A DNA stretch of 64,000 bases from Trichoplax sp. H2 (Eukaryota). The stretch is taken from the NCBI GenBank assembly GCA_003344405.1, contig NOWV01000021.1:124001-188000 (forward strand). Reading direction: 5' to 3'. Positions 42,584 through 57,538 of this stretch are shown here, piece by piece. Made by a program: the position numbers and the translations under genes. The notes beneath the pieces are model-generated. The model saw nothing but the letters and a program-made list of their open reading frames with translations. It was not told where the DNA came from and searched no databases. Each line of letters starts with the position of its first letter. The stretch's first letter is position 1.

Positions 42584-45500
42584 ATGGCGGATATAACGGC
42601 AGTATTATTTTTATCCTTGGCAATGTTCGTAGGTTGCTATTTGGCAGGCCTTATTCCTCTGTCAATGAATCTATCTGAGGTAGGTTATTCTATGTAGAAA
42701 GATACATTGAACCAATAACATTCAATGCAACAGTCAACAAGCTTTACCCAATGAAGACTAACTTCAGCAGAAATTTTCAATCATGGCCAACTTAATGTAC
42801 TGCAGAGTCAATCGATCCAAGCAATTTTCCACAAAAGACCACCGCACTTGCTCTATATTAGGATATTGGCTATTTCTTGAATCGTCAATTATTCAATTTC
42901 TATCCTGTAAATGATACTTTGCCTCTTTGAACAGAGAATCAACTTTTTTTGTCTCATTCCTTCAATACTGTACAGTGTACACTGTATAGTATAGCTAACG
43001 TAATGATAGCAATGCTTTCCACCATGGGATTCATTTCATGACAAGGAACAGATTGAGAGTGAGCAGATAGTAGAGTCGATAGCCATTTATTCTAGACTTA
43101 GACCAATGTAGTTAATGGAGGAATAATTGCATACCTTTACCTCTTATTTTATAATATCCCACGGTATCAATGCTCACTTACTATTGAATCGTAAGTGAAT
43201 TTATTGAGCCCAATAAATTTTAATAATTTGAAATCATTCCCATCAAGTTGACATCTACCGTAGTAAGCAATGGCTGAATACAATATTTAAACTCAAGGCA
43301 GATCAAATCAAGAAAGGATTTACCGCTATTGGAAGGACTCCACGGTATCTTTTCCAAAGTGGTCATGCAAATTACTTTAATGTCTTTCATTCATCTACTG
43401 TACTCTACGAATATATATAAAAAGACGATATTTGCACTCAACTATACTAAATTGAAATGCCAAACTATCAAATTTAAAAGATTGATTATCGTAATTACAG
43501 AATGAATTGTACCAGCAATTAGAAATGAATTCTGCTAACGATCAGGACACTGCTACCATTTAAAATGAAAAATAATAGTAATCATAAGAATAATAAATAA
43601 ATAATTACAGTAATAATGAATGGGAGGTACTTGGACGAGATTTTACGATGAAACAGCGTATATGTACAGCACTGTAGCAAATAGCTTATAATTCTTTCAA
43701 TGCATTTTTGCTCACAGCATAGCTAAATCGTACTCCTAAATACCAACTTATCAATATCACAAATGAATATACGGTACTACTGTAGAATACGGTATATAGA
43801 AAGCTTGTTAATGGTCTGTAGTTGAGATCGATGTACAGTAGTAACTAAAGTTGACTTTCGGTTAAGTTTTGACACACTAATAAATTTATTGTAAATTGCA
43901 GAAATCACTGAAAATTACGTCATGCTTGGGTGCTGGGATGCTCGTGGGCACAGCTTTGGCAGTTATCATACCAGAAGGTATTGAGGCCATCTATTCCATC
44001 AATCAAAGACCTTGCCCTATTCCACGTCAGCTAGTAAAAGGTACACAGATACAGAACATTACCTACTCATCTTCTACTGGTGCAGCTACCATGGCAAAGC
44101 ATTCACATAGTCATGGGAATGACGTGCATTCTTTAGTTGGTATTGCGTTATGTTTCGGCTTTGTTGTAATGTTACTTGTTGATTACTTAAGTGGTTTGGC
44201 TTTTCATAACCAAGGTAATGCGTATGGCGCCTTATGAAATGATATAGGAATATTGTAATTTTTCGCTTATCCTACCATTCTGTACGAAGTTGCTCAATCA
44301 ATTTATCATAAATAGAGTATTCAACATAGTTAAAGGTAACTTGCCTGTTGTAATCGCAATTATTATACTAAAGATACTATCTCTTAAAGTCTACTGTATG
44401 TCTCGTTATTTCGTAGCATGCTTTCGTGGATTATCATTATTATTCATCGCTAGTGATAATAATGTTTGCGGTACTTTTAATGCTTGCATTAGTAGTAATT
44501 ACTGGATTGACCAATATAAATGGAGTATCGCTGAAATTGGAGGTTGATGACTTAGAGAATTACTTATTGATACAATAAAACTTAATTCGAGTAGTACAGT
44601 TACGTATGGGGCATTGACCTGGCCCAATGATGTAATATAGTCTTATAATATGAGTGACTTGTAAATAATTTCAAACAATGACGTAAAACTGGAAAAAAGT
44701 TCCCTTTACAATATTTCACGTCAATATACTGTGCTGTTGTTATAATACGTTGATATTATAATGTAATACGATATTATATGTTTGGTATTGTATTTTATAG
44801 ACATACTAATAATAGAATATATTACTCTGTCTGTCAGAAGTGTACACATAAACCTTTTATACACAGATAACACATTAAATCACTCTTTTTACAGTAAACC
44901 GTTGAGATATTCCATGGTTTCGTGTTATGTAATTAGCTCAAGAAGTACTGTTGTGTCGTCTATGTATTGTAACGCGTACGATATTCATTTGTAAATATAT
45001 AATACTGTTACTACAAGTTATACCTAGGTATTAAGACACCATTTTCAGATATAAAGATATCCAACTAATTATTCTTCCATTGATATTGTAGATCCAGAAG
45101 GTGGAAATAGAGTTGGAAGGGCTGGAATAACCGCCACAATTGGTTTAATTGTCCATGCTGCTGGTAACTAGTGTCTTTTGTTTCGCGATACCACGTCAGA
45201 ATACTGTTGGTATTCTGACATACTCATTCCACATCTTTATTCAATATTACACTAGCTGATGGTGTAGCTCTAGGTGCTGCAGCAGCAACGTCCAGATCTG
45301 ATGTCGAGACCATCGTTTTTATCGCTATTATGTTACACAAGGTCAAGTTACAAGAGAAAATGCATAACTACCCCTTCTTAAAAATTATATCAGTCCAAAG
45401 CTTACCTTAATTTGTCGCAACGTATAGTAGAAACTAACGTTAAAATTTCCGTTATATCTAATGCAGGCACCTGCTGCTTTTGGTTTGTGCTCATTTCTAT

Positions 45501-46178
45501 TGCATGAAGTATGTATTGTGTGCTGGTATATTTCGAAATTTTTTTCGCACATTATGGTGATCTGCAATTGTTGTAGTGTCGTTTCAATTGTTTCTGAAAG
45601 GGTAGTATAGTTCAAAACTTTTTCTATTGACAAATGAATCACTAAACTATATATATGTATTATATTGTTTAACAGGGTTGCAATCGTTACAGTATCAGAA
45701 AGCAATTATTAGCATTTTCACTAGCCGCTCCCGTAATGGCAATCGCGACATTTTATATCCTTACCAAGGTGATATGAATTTATCATGCACAGATTTAAAA
45801 GTCATGTAACAACTATTTATTACGTACTAGACCGGCCAAAGTTCTTCCACAATGGAAGGAACTGGACTTGCAATGCTCTTTTCGGCTGGGACGTTCTTAT
45901 ACGTAGCTACTGTTCACGTCTTACCAGAAGTATCTTCTCAAAAGGAAACAGAGGTATTCTACCAATTAATGTAGCAAAAATTATGATGATTATAGAAAGT
46001 ACTTTTCTTTGGTTATATATTTAAGAGATTTACTGTATAATATTAATGTATATGATAGGATAATTCGAACAATTCTAACCATGGTCCGCATATGAGTAAG
46101 CTATCAAAACTGGAAATAACTGTAATGGTCTTAGGAACTTTCCTTCCAATACTCTTATCCTTAAATCATCATCACTAA
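42584..46178 (+). CDS. SLC39A9: ZIP9 zinc transporter
   Basis: [100 protein letters not shown]-terminal HHH. Stop at 46176-46178. Confidence 0.96.
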
Positions 46179-47989
46179 AAAGGTAATGGAAGCAAACGTA
46201 CATGTATTGCATGGGTTATAATTTTATATACAGTAAAATGAAGTACATAACTAGAGCTTGATTTTTATAGATACAAGAGCCCTTCAAATAATGAAGCAAG
46301 ATGATATCCATCAATTAAAGCTTAACATTGCAATCTCTCAAAGGTGTTATATTCATTAAGAAATTTTTTAATTGTTATGACAGATGCAACCCAGTTCAAA
46401 TCTTTATTCTAAACTTTCTCCAAGCTCTTACATGGAAAGATTTTTATTTTACTATCAAATCTGATGACAATTTTAGTGTTTAAATTGTAATGTGAATTTT
46501 TATATCTTTATGAGGATAAAAATTGTACCTAAATGATGATAAGTGGTTGATGTATTATAAAAGTGAAGGGGTACAATGCTTAGCATGTGGTTGAATCGTG
46601 TTAATATTGATCTTATTTAGAATAGCATGTATGATCCTGAGTTATATTCTAGGTAAAATTTTTACTTTGTAATATAACATGAAGATTCCTATTACTGTAT
46701 TTACATAATAATGTTATATTTTATCTAGTTAACTGTTTCTAATGATAAGCAGCTATATTTCAACTATATTGCTTCCGATCTTCCTTTATACTGTTTATAT
46801 ACGATTGGGTACTGCAGTAAGTAATCAATTACTGTATGTGAATACCGTTATAGTCATTTCGTTTATACGGAAATGCTATTATAAAATTTCGCTATATTAT
46901 TATAATCAGCATATCACGCCAGAAATCATACAATGTCATAAACGAGGCATCTACTCATAATACTGTATTTGGACTATGCATAACAATAAATAGACTTAAT
47001 TTTATTTTTGGAATGTCTTAAAAAGTATAAGCTATTTCTAGTCTCATTGTCATAATGGGGTTCACAATTTAAGGAAATTTGGGTAGCAACGGAAATTTAA
47101 TGATACATGCTATTAGGCTATAGCGCTAGTGAAGTATCTTCAGTTGCTATTGCCCACTACTGTCAGTTAGTCAGTTTGTCGAATATTTCTACGAATTACT
47201 ACATTAACTGATAGTGATAAGGCAATAGTAGGAATACAGTACCTAAGTATTAATAGGTGTGAATAAAGAATGTTAAATAATTTAATAATTTAACAATGCA
47301 CGGTTAAATAGTTACAAATCTACCCCTAATCTAAGCCATATTGGGCATACCTGCGCCATAATGTACATGTAATAGCTACAAAGTGTACAGTTGTATCGCA
47401 CACTATGACAATATGCTGCTTTAGGTCAGATAATGTAGAATGAATATCGCTTGGTTGTGAAACTCTATCTATTATTTTCCCGCATTTTAACATGTGCAAG
47501 GCTAACTATTTATCTTTTTCAAGGAACATATGGTTCAGTATGGAGTACTTAAAATGATGAATTAATTAGATTTAGAATCAAACACTTCTACAGTGTTATA
47601 CTGACATTTTTACATTGAATATGCTAATATTATGAAATTAATTAAAATTTTACTTGGTCATTTATTACTAGTTCGTTGTTATATGTACATGCAATTAATT
47701 AAAATCAATGAGGATGTCTATTCTCGACACAATATGAGATTTGATAGAAATGCGTTTATAAATATAGTTATATTCTATTGCCAGTGCGTGATACAAAACG
47801 TCCCAGCTCCATTCCTATAAATAAAGACTATACAGCGATTTACAGAGAAGATCTTCATCAGCAGTAATATTCTTAATCAGTTATAAAAGCTAGCAAGTTA
47901 TATTTTATATATTTATGATCCATTGGGATGCCACGGAGTTTTAATGGCGTACAGGCTGATAATTATAATTTAACCGAAGTGAAATCATA

Positions 47990-50900
47990 ATGTTGTTGTG
48001 GACAAACGTAACGCGTTTAGCAAGGATGGCTAAGATTATGGTGTATTTAGTAGCGATAATAATATTGTCATTGATCTATAATTTTATTATTTACGATAAA
48101 ATTAACACAGAAGTAAGTATAGGCCTCTTTAATAATTAATTTATTCGTTAATTTCTCGAAATTGAATACGGAGTATCGATATTCATCCATTCATATACAT
48201 CATATTAGTTTATACATACAGTAAATTACTGCATTATGAGTCCTTGATATTAGATTTTACAAGTCTGTTCGTAGTTTCGGGTAGATTTTTGGAAAAGTTA
48301 CATGCAAACTTTACTTATAGCAAAATGTAATCAAACATTAATCTCATAGCAAGTAATGTACTGTAGTTTTTGCCGGATCCTGATTGTTACTGCATAAAAA
48401 ACACACAAGCTTAGCACACCGTAAATCATATTAAAATCAATGACCTTAGATATCAAACTCTTTCATGTCATTTTTAATATAGCCTCGGGAATCAATTTAT
48501 TCACATGGAGCTAATCAAACGTTTAATGTTGAGAAATACATTTTTAAATCAAGAGGATCTAAGGATGAAGGCTATGAAAAACATCAATTTAATCAATTTG
48601 AGAGCGACATAATTGGAGCCTATCGACGTGTACCAGATACTAGGAATCCTCTGTGAGTGTTTAAATAAATATTATTGTAAAGTCTTTAATTTTGTAGCAC
48701 TCAACAGCATCTCAGATACGACATTTTTAAAATAGTAGCGTGATCAATAAGATCATTGAAGTCCTTTCCGTTATAACAAGTTAATGCATTGGAAAGCCAA
48801 GTCAGTAGTAAGAATTTCAGTTAATTATTTATATTAAACCGATATAATCTCTACTGCAATAGCTGCAAGAATAAAATATACCGGCTTAACATGCCATCAG
48901 TAAGTGTTGTGATTATTTTTCATAACGAAGCCAGATCAACATTACTAAGGACTGTTCAAAGGTTACAACTATAATCATTATTATAATCATTTTTTGGGCG
49001 ATACCTTGACATAATTAATAAATATAACTACTACAGAAGTATCTATAAATACCGTGGACATTTGGTTAGAAAAATTATAGTCTGACTACAACTTTCTTGT
49101 GTATAGCTATTGTATTTCATAGTGGTAAATGATAATATAGCATTTACAGCCAATTTGTGAAGTAGATTCTATTTTAATTGGTTATGCAAGAAGTTAAATC
49201 ACTCAAAATTCCCCATCCTATATTAAATTAGTGTTCTAGATCGAACTCCTCCTCATTTGCTGTCGGAAATTGTGCTAGTAGATGATAATAGCGATGATGG
49301 TTAGTGATTTATCTAAACTAATCTGTTTGGATGTTGTTCAAAAGCCAACATAATAAATAAAATTCTCTATTTCAATAAATTAGCTACTCTAGGTCAAGAA
49401 CTTCTCACCTTGCCAAAAGTCAAGCTTATCCGAAATAAAAAAAGAGAGGGTATGAGTTTAAAATCTAAAAGTAGTGCGTATACTTGTGATACATTAGCTA
49501 TATCTAAATATTTGCCATAATTACTTTGGAAAACATAGCTAAGTTTACATAATGTTTGATAATATAATTAATCTCATATTTCAAATTCAAGATTGCGGTA
49601 TTGCTATATTTACTGTTACCATTTATCACTTATCTTTAGAGTTCATTTGATATTACCTTGTTCTATAACAGCAGATTGTCATTATTCCATATTACCTTAA
49701 GGTTTATTGAATTTCATTACATTTACCGAATTGATGAAAATTTTCTCCCTCTATGCTAATTATAATAAATACATCAGTCCTATACTAGTATATATTAATG
49801 TGAATTTCAACTAAGCTATGCATTTATTTAATACTAATTTACTTGATGATATATGATTCTACCAACATTTCAAGGTATATTAGTAATCGCTCGCCTAAAA
49901 TATACATAACAATTAGGTAGAGCTTAGTAGCATAATCGTATAAAGAATAAGAATACCGTATAAAGCTATCTTATATTTCTAGCCTTTCAGGGAATTATGC
50001 TTTTAAAATGACTTCTACTAAGAAATGCAATTAATTTACTCTAATTTCTATCCTATTCCAATTATCTTAAAAGATTCACATACATATTGTGCCATAACTT
50101 TTTTTAATTTTTGAGCTATAGCAGGATTATCATCTACTGTACATTCTGACAATAGTCATACTAATCTAAACCATGAAATTTGTAACTAATTTATAAAGTA
50201 GATACTGTACTATTTATATGATCACAATAATAACTTTAGTTAAGTGTCTTCCGCAAATGAAACAAAATACTTTGCCTTAATGACGCAGAATATAACTGCA
50301 GCTGTATTAAACTTAGTTGTATCTTCGCAGGGCTGATAAGATCTCGAGTATTTGGTGTAAAAAGTAGCCAAGGCAAAGCAATTATATTCCTTGATAGTCA
50401 CTGTGAAGTCAATCAGCAATGGGCAGAGCCGTTACTAGAACAGATTGTATTGGTAAGCAATTGGAAACCGTGAACTAAACGGATTCTTTAACTTAAACAG
50501 AAAATTTATAGCTTCCACATTTAATGATTAGAATCCTAAAGCGATTGTTAGTCCTGTCTTGGATAATATTGATATGAATACGTTTGAATATCAAGAAGGC
50601 ACAGAAGATGTTCGTGGAGGTTATACGTAATGTTGTTTTCCCTATACATCGCTAATAATTAGATTCAACTAGATAAATTGTAACTACTTCAAGAAATTGA
50701 TATTAACAAGTTCAAATCAAAGTACGCCTGAACTGTTACTTTAGGGTTTGACTGGAGTTTAACATTTCGCTGGGACTACATGACAGAGGCTATGATAAAT
50801 CAAAGAATAGATCCTACGTCACCAATTAAGTATAAAACAGCATACGATAGTCATTAATTCTGGTTCAGCAAGTAGATTAAGAAATAGCGCCATAAACTGG

Positions 50901-53594
50901 AGATTTTATTAACACAGGACGCCGACCATTGCTGGTGGTATCTATGCCGTTTCTAAGCAATGGTTCAACGACTTAGGAGAATATGATATGGGACAAAAGA
51001 TCTGGGGTGGAGAAAATTTAGGTCCATTTGCTACGCTAACAATCAATATTGCATATTGAAACTATAGCTTCTGTGAATTGAAACTGTTTTCTACGAATGC
51101 TAACAGTGATTGAAATAATTTTATTTCTCCATAACATTAGAGTTGTCATTTCGGGCGTGGATGTGCGGTGGATTTATGAAAATAATACCTTGTTCTAGAG
51201 TTGGACATGTCTTTCGGCTTCAGCACCCTTATATCTTTCCTGAAGGTGCGGGTAGAACATACTACAGGTATAATATTATAAATGTAGTTCTACTACTGAA
51301 TTAGTTAATTCGTAAGATAACCTATTTCAACAACGTAAATATATTTCGGAGTGTCTTATAAGAGTGAAATTACTGATTTATATTTCAACTTGCTTAACAT
51401 CTTAATAGAAATTTGCGACGTGTTGTTGAAGTTTGGTTAGATGAATATAAGGTTTATTTTTACCAAATACGAAAAATTATTAAGAGTATAGACTACGGAA
51501 AGTAAGTCGCTTACTGAATGGAAACACGTTTATGCTACAAATTTTGTTCACATACGGGGGCCTATTTTACACTGATTTTGCTTAATAACCTATAAAATAT
51601 AGCGTTAAATCAAGGAAACAGCTACGAAAGAGGCTTCATTGCCAAACTTTTAAGTGGTACTTAGACAATGTGTATCCTGAACTTCAGTAAGTAAAGAATT
51701 TATCTTGGTTATTATCATATTTTTACTGGTAATTGCATTACACTGATAAATTACTTCAATGGATTCAGCTACGGAATATTAATCTTATAACCTCTATTTT
51801 AGTGTCCCAACTCCTTATAAAGCAGTATATGGTCATTTTAAGCAGGGAAGATTGTGCTTAGTAACAGGCATAGAGAGAACTATTGTAGCCCTTCTTCAAG
51901 TCAAGCCATGCAGTAACGTTACAAACACTCATGTTAGTATTTATTTTAGTTATGAAATAATTTAATTACTATCGATTTTTCCCAACTGTGCTAGTATATC
52001 GCATTAATAACTAATGTATAAAATTTAAATTCTATGCAGCTTTTTAATATGACCGATCACGGAAATTCAAAACTTGTAGAAAATTAGAAGTTTAATAGAT
52101 CCTTATACAAAAAAGATAGATGCTTAGTTCTACTGTAGTCGAATATAACTAATAAGCACTTCCAGAAAGAACTACTGTGATAATCTAAGTTGCCAGCTAG
52201 TATACTTTTCGTAGCATTTGTAGCTATAATCACCATACAATATTGTACATTAATTTACGCATACTCAGATTATTATTAGTAACAATTTCTTAAAGCCGAG
52301 TATTATTAATTCAATATGGAAACGACTACAGCATTTACGTAGAAATTATTTCTACTAGCAAGAGTATGATGAACTAAGTATCCTAATATATGGATTACAG
52401 TTCTATTTTTCACCTCTAACCTTAATAGTACTCGATACCTTACTGTATATAGTCATCTATACTCTACCATAGAATCTTCTTCAACAGCCTATGGTTATAA
52501 CTACTAAATATGTCTTAAGATATAGAAAGTCATGCTAACGTACATCATACTAAGCATAGATAATAGTCTATAATCTAATAATAAGATACTCTATGCCCTT
52601 TTATAGCATATTGCTGTTGAAAATCGTTATATTCACTAAAATTTACGAAATCACCTAGGATATTTTTAATAGGAGAAGATAGCATAATTTTTCTTAAAAT
52701 TCAAGTGTTGTAGCAAATTTCTAACGATTCTAACGATTTTCTGTATGATTTTACATTTGGACATTGAAATTTATAAATATTACCAATTTTAGGTTATAAC
52801 TGATCTTATCCATACGTACAGTATGAAATTCCTACTATAGATATAAATTTGAAAGTTCATTTTGATACTTTGCTTTAATTTCGATTCATGAGTTGCTTAG
52901 AGGATAGAATTTAAGTCGTAATATTTATTATTCAAAGAAAACTTAATTTAATTTTTTAGACGCTAATAAATTTTACTAAAAAACTAAATACCATTACATA
53001 CGCTACATAACATTTGAATATTTTTCTGTTGTGGCTATTTTCAATATCTAGAAGTGGGCTATCGTTAGCGCAAAGCTTATTCGTCTATATGACTTTTGCA
53101 TAACATTAGACAATTATCGCGCAACAAAAGCACAAGCCGTTAATTTACAAAGTTGCCGTAATGATGATCCTCGCCAGGTTAATATACTGTATACTTATAA
53201 TTTCATACTGATAGTATAAAGTTAAACCTGATCTTTGCGTCAGAACGAGAATTCAACATCATACTTTCATTATGACTGTTTCTATAACCTCAGAGTTCAG
53301 TTTATGTATTAATGGTGTAATTTGTTTAGAGCGCATGTGATGGTATTACCTAGTTTAAGATTAGGAAGCCAGATTTACACATAAATGGAGTACTTTGATA
53401 TTGATATGTATCCAGATATATAATAAACTTATATTTAACAGGAATGGGAATATTCTGATACTGGACACTTAAGACATCGAATGACTAACATGTGTTTGGA
53501 AGGAAGAATGCAATCACATGAGCTGGAAACTTTGAAGACAGCACAATGTTCAGATACTACATCTCAACGTTGGCAATTTATTAAATCTTTATAG
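47990..53594 (+). CDS. Diverged polypeptide GalNAc transferase paralog (GALNT2-like); entirely missed by the ORF track
   Basis: Exon 47990-48112 encodes a type II TM. Later exons give [100 protein letters not shown] and a three-lobed lectin domain ending QRWQF. Stop TAG at 53592-53594. Confidence 0.92.
52050..52585 (+). repeat. Interspersed repeat copy 2 (intronic), homologous to ~11920-12465
   Basis: Same colinear blocks as copy 1, in the same orientation, about 40 kb away. Confidence 0.85.
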
Positions 53595-54732
53595 ATGTGA
53601 TATAGTACCAAAGATTAGATAGAAAAATTATGATTTCATTGGAAAAAGCATAATTAGTGAAGATTCATAGTACCCTCACAGAAATGACGAAATTTTATAT
53701 AAATTGAGCGGACACTATTAATATCGGGTTTCTTAAATGATAATTATAATTAGTGATGACATAGCAGCGTAATTTATTTTAATCATTAAAAAGTATGTTT
53801 AATTTAAAATCTGTATAGAGTAATATTCGGACTAAAGATTGTTGATAACAACGACTAACGTATTTTGGGCAGTTAATTTTCATGTAATCTGATAGGAACC
53901 CCAAAAAGTTACTCTTATATCAGATTCAAAAACGTGTAGATGATGTAAATTGAATACATTTTTAAGCAGCCCTAGCCTAAAGCAATGATTACCATTGCAA
54001 GAGCCATATTTATTCTAACGATAGTTTGTATTCTGATAGTCATAAGCTTGAAATGAAGTTAATAAATACATACGGTAATTGTGTCTCACTATTACTGATT
54101 TAGCGATCGAACCATCGAAAGTTTAATTTTAAGCAAATGTTTAATCATTTAAGAGACTCCATTTATTAGCGCTCTACTAACATATCTCATAACCAGCTTC
54201 TGAATTACCAACCGAATCTAGTGCCACTCAATAGCTGTAATAATAGTAGATTTATAGAATATTATTTACTCGAAAATAATATTGAAATTTTCATCTTGTC
54301 ACGTTGGAGAGTCTTGTACGTATATGATTTTCTACACCTTTCAAAGTTGAGGAATTTCTTCTGCTGCAGAGTAACGATAATCATATCATTTGATATTTCT
54401 TTACTACTAGTCTAAATCATCGCATAATAATAACGGAAATAATTTAATACTTATTCAAATCATTTATCAGGTAGCAAACTAATGATCTCAAATCAAAACA
54501 CTTGCTACTTTAGTGGATAAATGTAGCCAATAAAATTATAAACAATAACCACTTTAATATTAATCTTCTGTATGAACTATACTAGAGTATCATTGAAACA
54601 TGGGTACTTTCGAGTATCGCCTGAATTTATCTAAAGCTTGTCATACCTCAGTTTTATTGATCTAAGGGTTCCGTTTATTTATTTATGAAAGCTTTATAAG
54701 CCTTCGAAAGTATTTGGCGATAAATCTCTTAC

Positions 54733-55199
54733 TTTGCTCGTTGAGTTGGGCAATCTGTAAGAAGCATGTTGTGAAGTCTATGTGTGCATATTATATCTGT
54801 CACATTGCCCGGTGACTTGGGCAATCTATAGGATGCTCGGGTAATCTATGAGAACGTGTGGATATGATGCTTCTCTCTCATATTGCCCGGCTAGTTGGGC
54901 ATTCTACAGGTTGACTGGGCTATGTATCTGATACAGGCCATGTATGCTAAACGGGCAATGTAGAAAATACAAAAGACGTCTAATGCCAAAACTACTCTAA
55001 CCTATCCTGACTGAAACTAATAAACCGTGATATATCTGATACCATGGATATCTGCATCTTCTCTTACATCCGAAATGTTTTCGTACTTTGGCATACTTTG
55101 CCCGTTAGTTCGGTCATCGTACAGATCGCCCTCGTCATCACGGTCAGCGTAGCGTATACGATATCTTAGTAACATAGTTAGACCGTAACAGATTGCCCA
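54733..55199. mobile_element. MITE/foldback-like non-coding element
   Basis: 12-bp inverted repeat TGGGCAATCTGT (54747-54758) / ACAGATTGCCCA (55188-55199), plus repeated internal TTGCCC-N8-GGGCA hairpins. Higher GC than the flanks. No TSD identified. Confidence 0.4.
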
Positions 55200-57538
55200 T
55201 CCGTGTATTATGAATTTATCGTACGCGCAGATAAATATTATAAATTATTTTTATTATCTTAATTACTTCTTGGTATTGGAAATTATTGATAACATAGACA
55301 GAAAGTAACGTACCTTAATTACTGGTGCAACAAACTACGTATACTTCACTCATATTAATAGTTATAAAATTGAATTGCATATTCACTAAATATATTTTTT
55401 TAAACATTAGTCTTTAACAGCTCAAATTATGCTTTTATAATCTGTTAAGTAACGAAAATACATATCGCTTTCTTTCTTAATATTAATGGTTAATGACTGA
55501 ATTTTCTTCTAGACAATGTATGAAACTAAAGTTATCTCGTCGAATCATTGATCCGAGACATGTGTATAGTTTTAGTGGCCATACTTGTATTAAATCTAGT
55601 TTCATTTGGTGTATTCAAGTTCTTAATGCCTTTAAAATGCATAAATTAATTCTTTTAGAATGATATAGATTGCTTATCATTTACTTTATAAACTATTCAA
55701 AATAAGTTTTCATGATATTTAGATGCAAAAAAAAACATGTTAAGACGGCAAATGATACTAGAATCACAGACTATTGAAGATTAATAAACATGTTCTATAG
55801 CTGAATATGACCGCTTCGGGAATTTTAACTATTAACAGTTTAATAAAGGTACCACCAATTCATCCTATTTATTATAGATTACTTTAATTGTTACCATAGA
55901 AACTGTTTAAAGAAAAATTACTATAATATCTAATTAGGCGTATTAAAAGGAGATATAAATGAAACCAGAATTATGAGATTTCCTTATATTTGTGACGGAG
56001 TGTATGCATAGGGGGGTTTCAGTAAGATTATAAATACGCATGATCCGTTAAAACAGTCTTAATCTTACCCTATCAAGCAGGATACAGAATACTTTGATTT
56101 ATAATACAACAATTTTAGTATTATAAAATGATTTTTGTGTTATCAAGATCGATAAAGGCCATATTAAATGACAGAAATTGAAGCTTAATTAATCCCATTC
56201 ATTAAAATACCAAAAGACTTATTTTGTATGAGTTTACAGCCAGCTCTCGAAACTCTATCCTAATCAATTAATCCAATCCTTGATCGTTTTAAAAAATACA
56301 GTAATCATAAATTATTCATGAAAATCACAAGGATTACGCTAGTTATGATATAACTAAGCACATTAACTTCAACCAGAAAGACAATAAGCTATCTCAAGTT
56401 TACTTTACTATTGTGATTAACAGTATTATTGTCAAGATTACTCAATCAGCCTTATGCTTAAGCTAAGAAAACAGTCATTTTACTCATTATCATGCTAATA
56501 TAACTATGATCTATTCTACCACCTACGGTCTCTATTCTGAACAGAAATGATGACGCCTTCGCTATTCTAAAAATATTCTTCAAACTGATCGATTCACAAC
56601 CATGACCTTTATTTTCTTCATATGCTAAGCAATAGGACATCTGTTGATTCAGTAAAGGAGCGGTTACTAACTTTTTGTCCTGTCTGGGCTGAGTAACCAA
56701 GTCACCTTACAGAGATAATAATTGATTTCAGTTAATTAGTCTCAAAATTATTTAATATCTTATAAAACTTCACAAGAGCAAGTGTAACTGATATATCATT
56801 TATATCTTAAAAAGTTTCTAGGTAACTTTCAATTGATAACGTCATTTATATTTCACGTACAGAGTTTTTCTTCGGGAAATATCGCTACATTCGCTAGTAC
56901 TTCATTGGATTGCTATAACTCGATTTCAATTAGTTTAACTACTGTCAGTGATCTGCGTTCATTATTCATTATTTAGTACTTTACTCCTAGGATTTTAACG
57001 ATTTTCCTATATTTTTCTCTGTTATTTAATCAATCATTGCGATTATTTTCGATTTAGTATCTATTGAAAGATTTATAAATTCTAAAACTGACCACCAAGA
57101 CGAAAAATATCAAGAACGATAGAAACTTGCTTTTAAAAAGTAAATTGATTATTTGCCTCTCGTTAAACATCGAAATAAAATTAAAGATTATTGCGAAGGA
57201 CACTGATCGCTATCAAAATTCAAACAACTTTAGTAGAATGCTCCAGTAGTAAAAACTGCTTTGGAAATGTCGCCGGTATGATTTCATTTAATTTTGTAAG
57301 TTTAGCTTGTTACATATAAACTCATCTTATAGAAAATTTCTTAAACTTGATTAAAACTGTCCTTAATTATAAATAATTCCTTATTTTTGTTCAAAATTAT
57401 ACTACTATTAAAATTAGGATTTATCGCTATTTATGTGATTGGAGAAGGCAGTAACACGATGCTAAGATATCTAATAGTGATTGGCCTGTAATTCTTTTCG
57501 AGACACTTACATTTATTATTGACTGATAGTTATCAATC

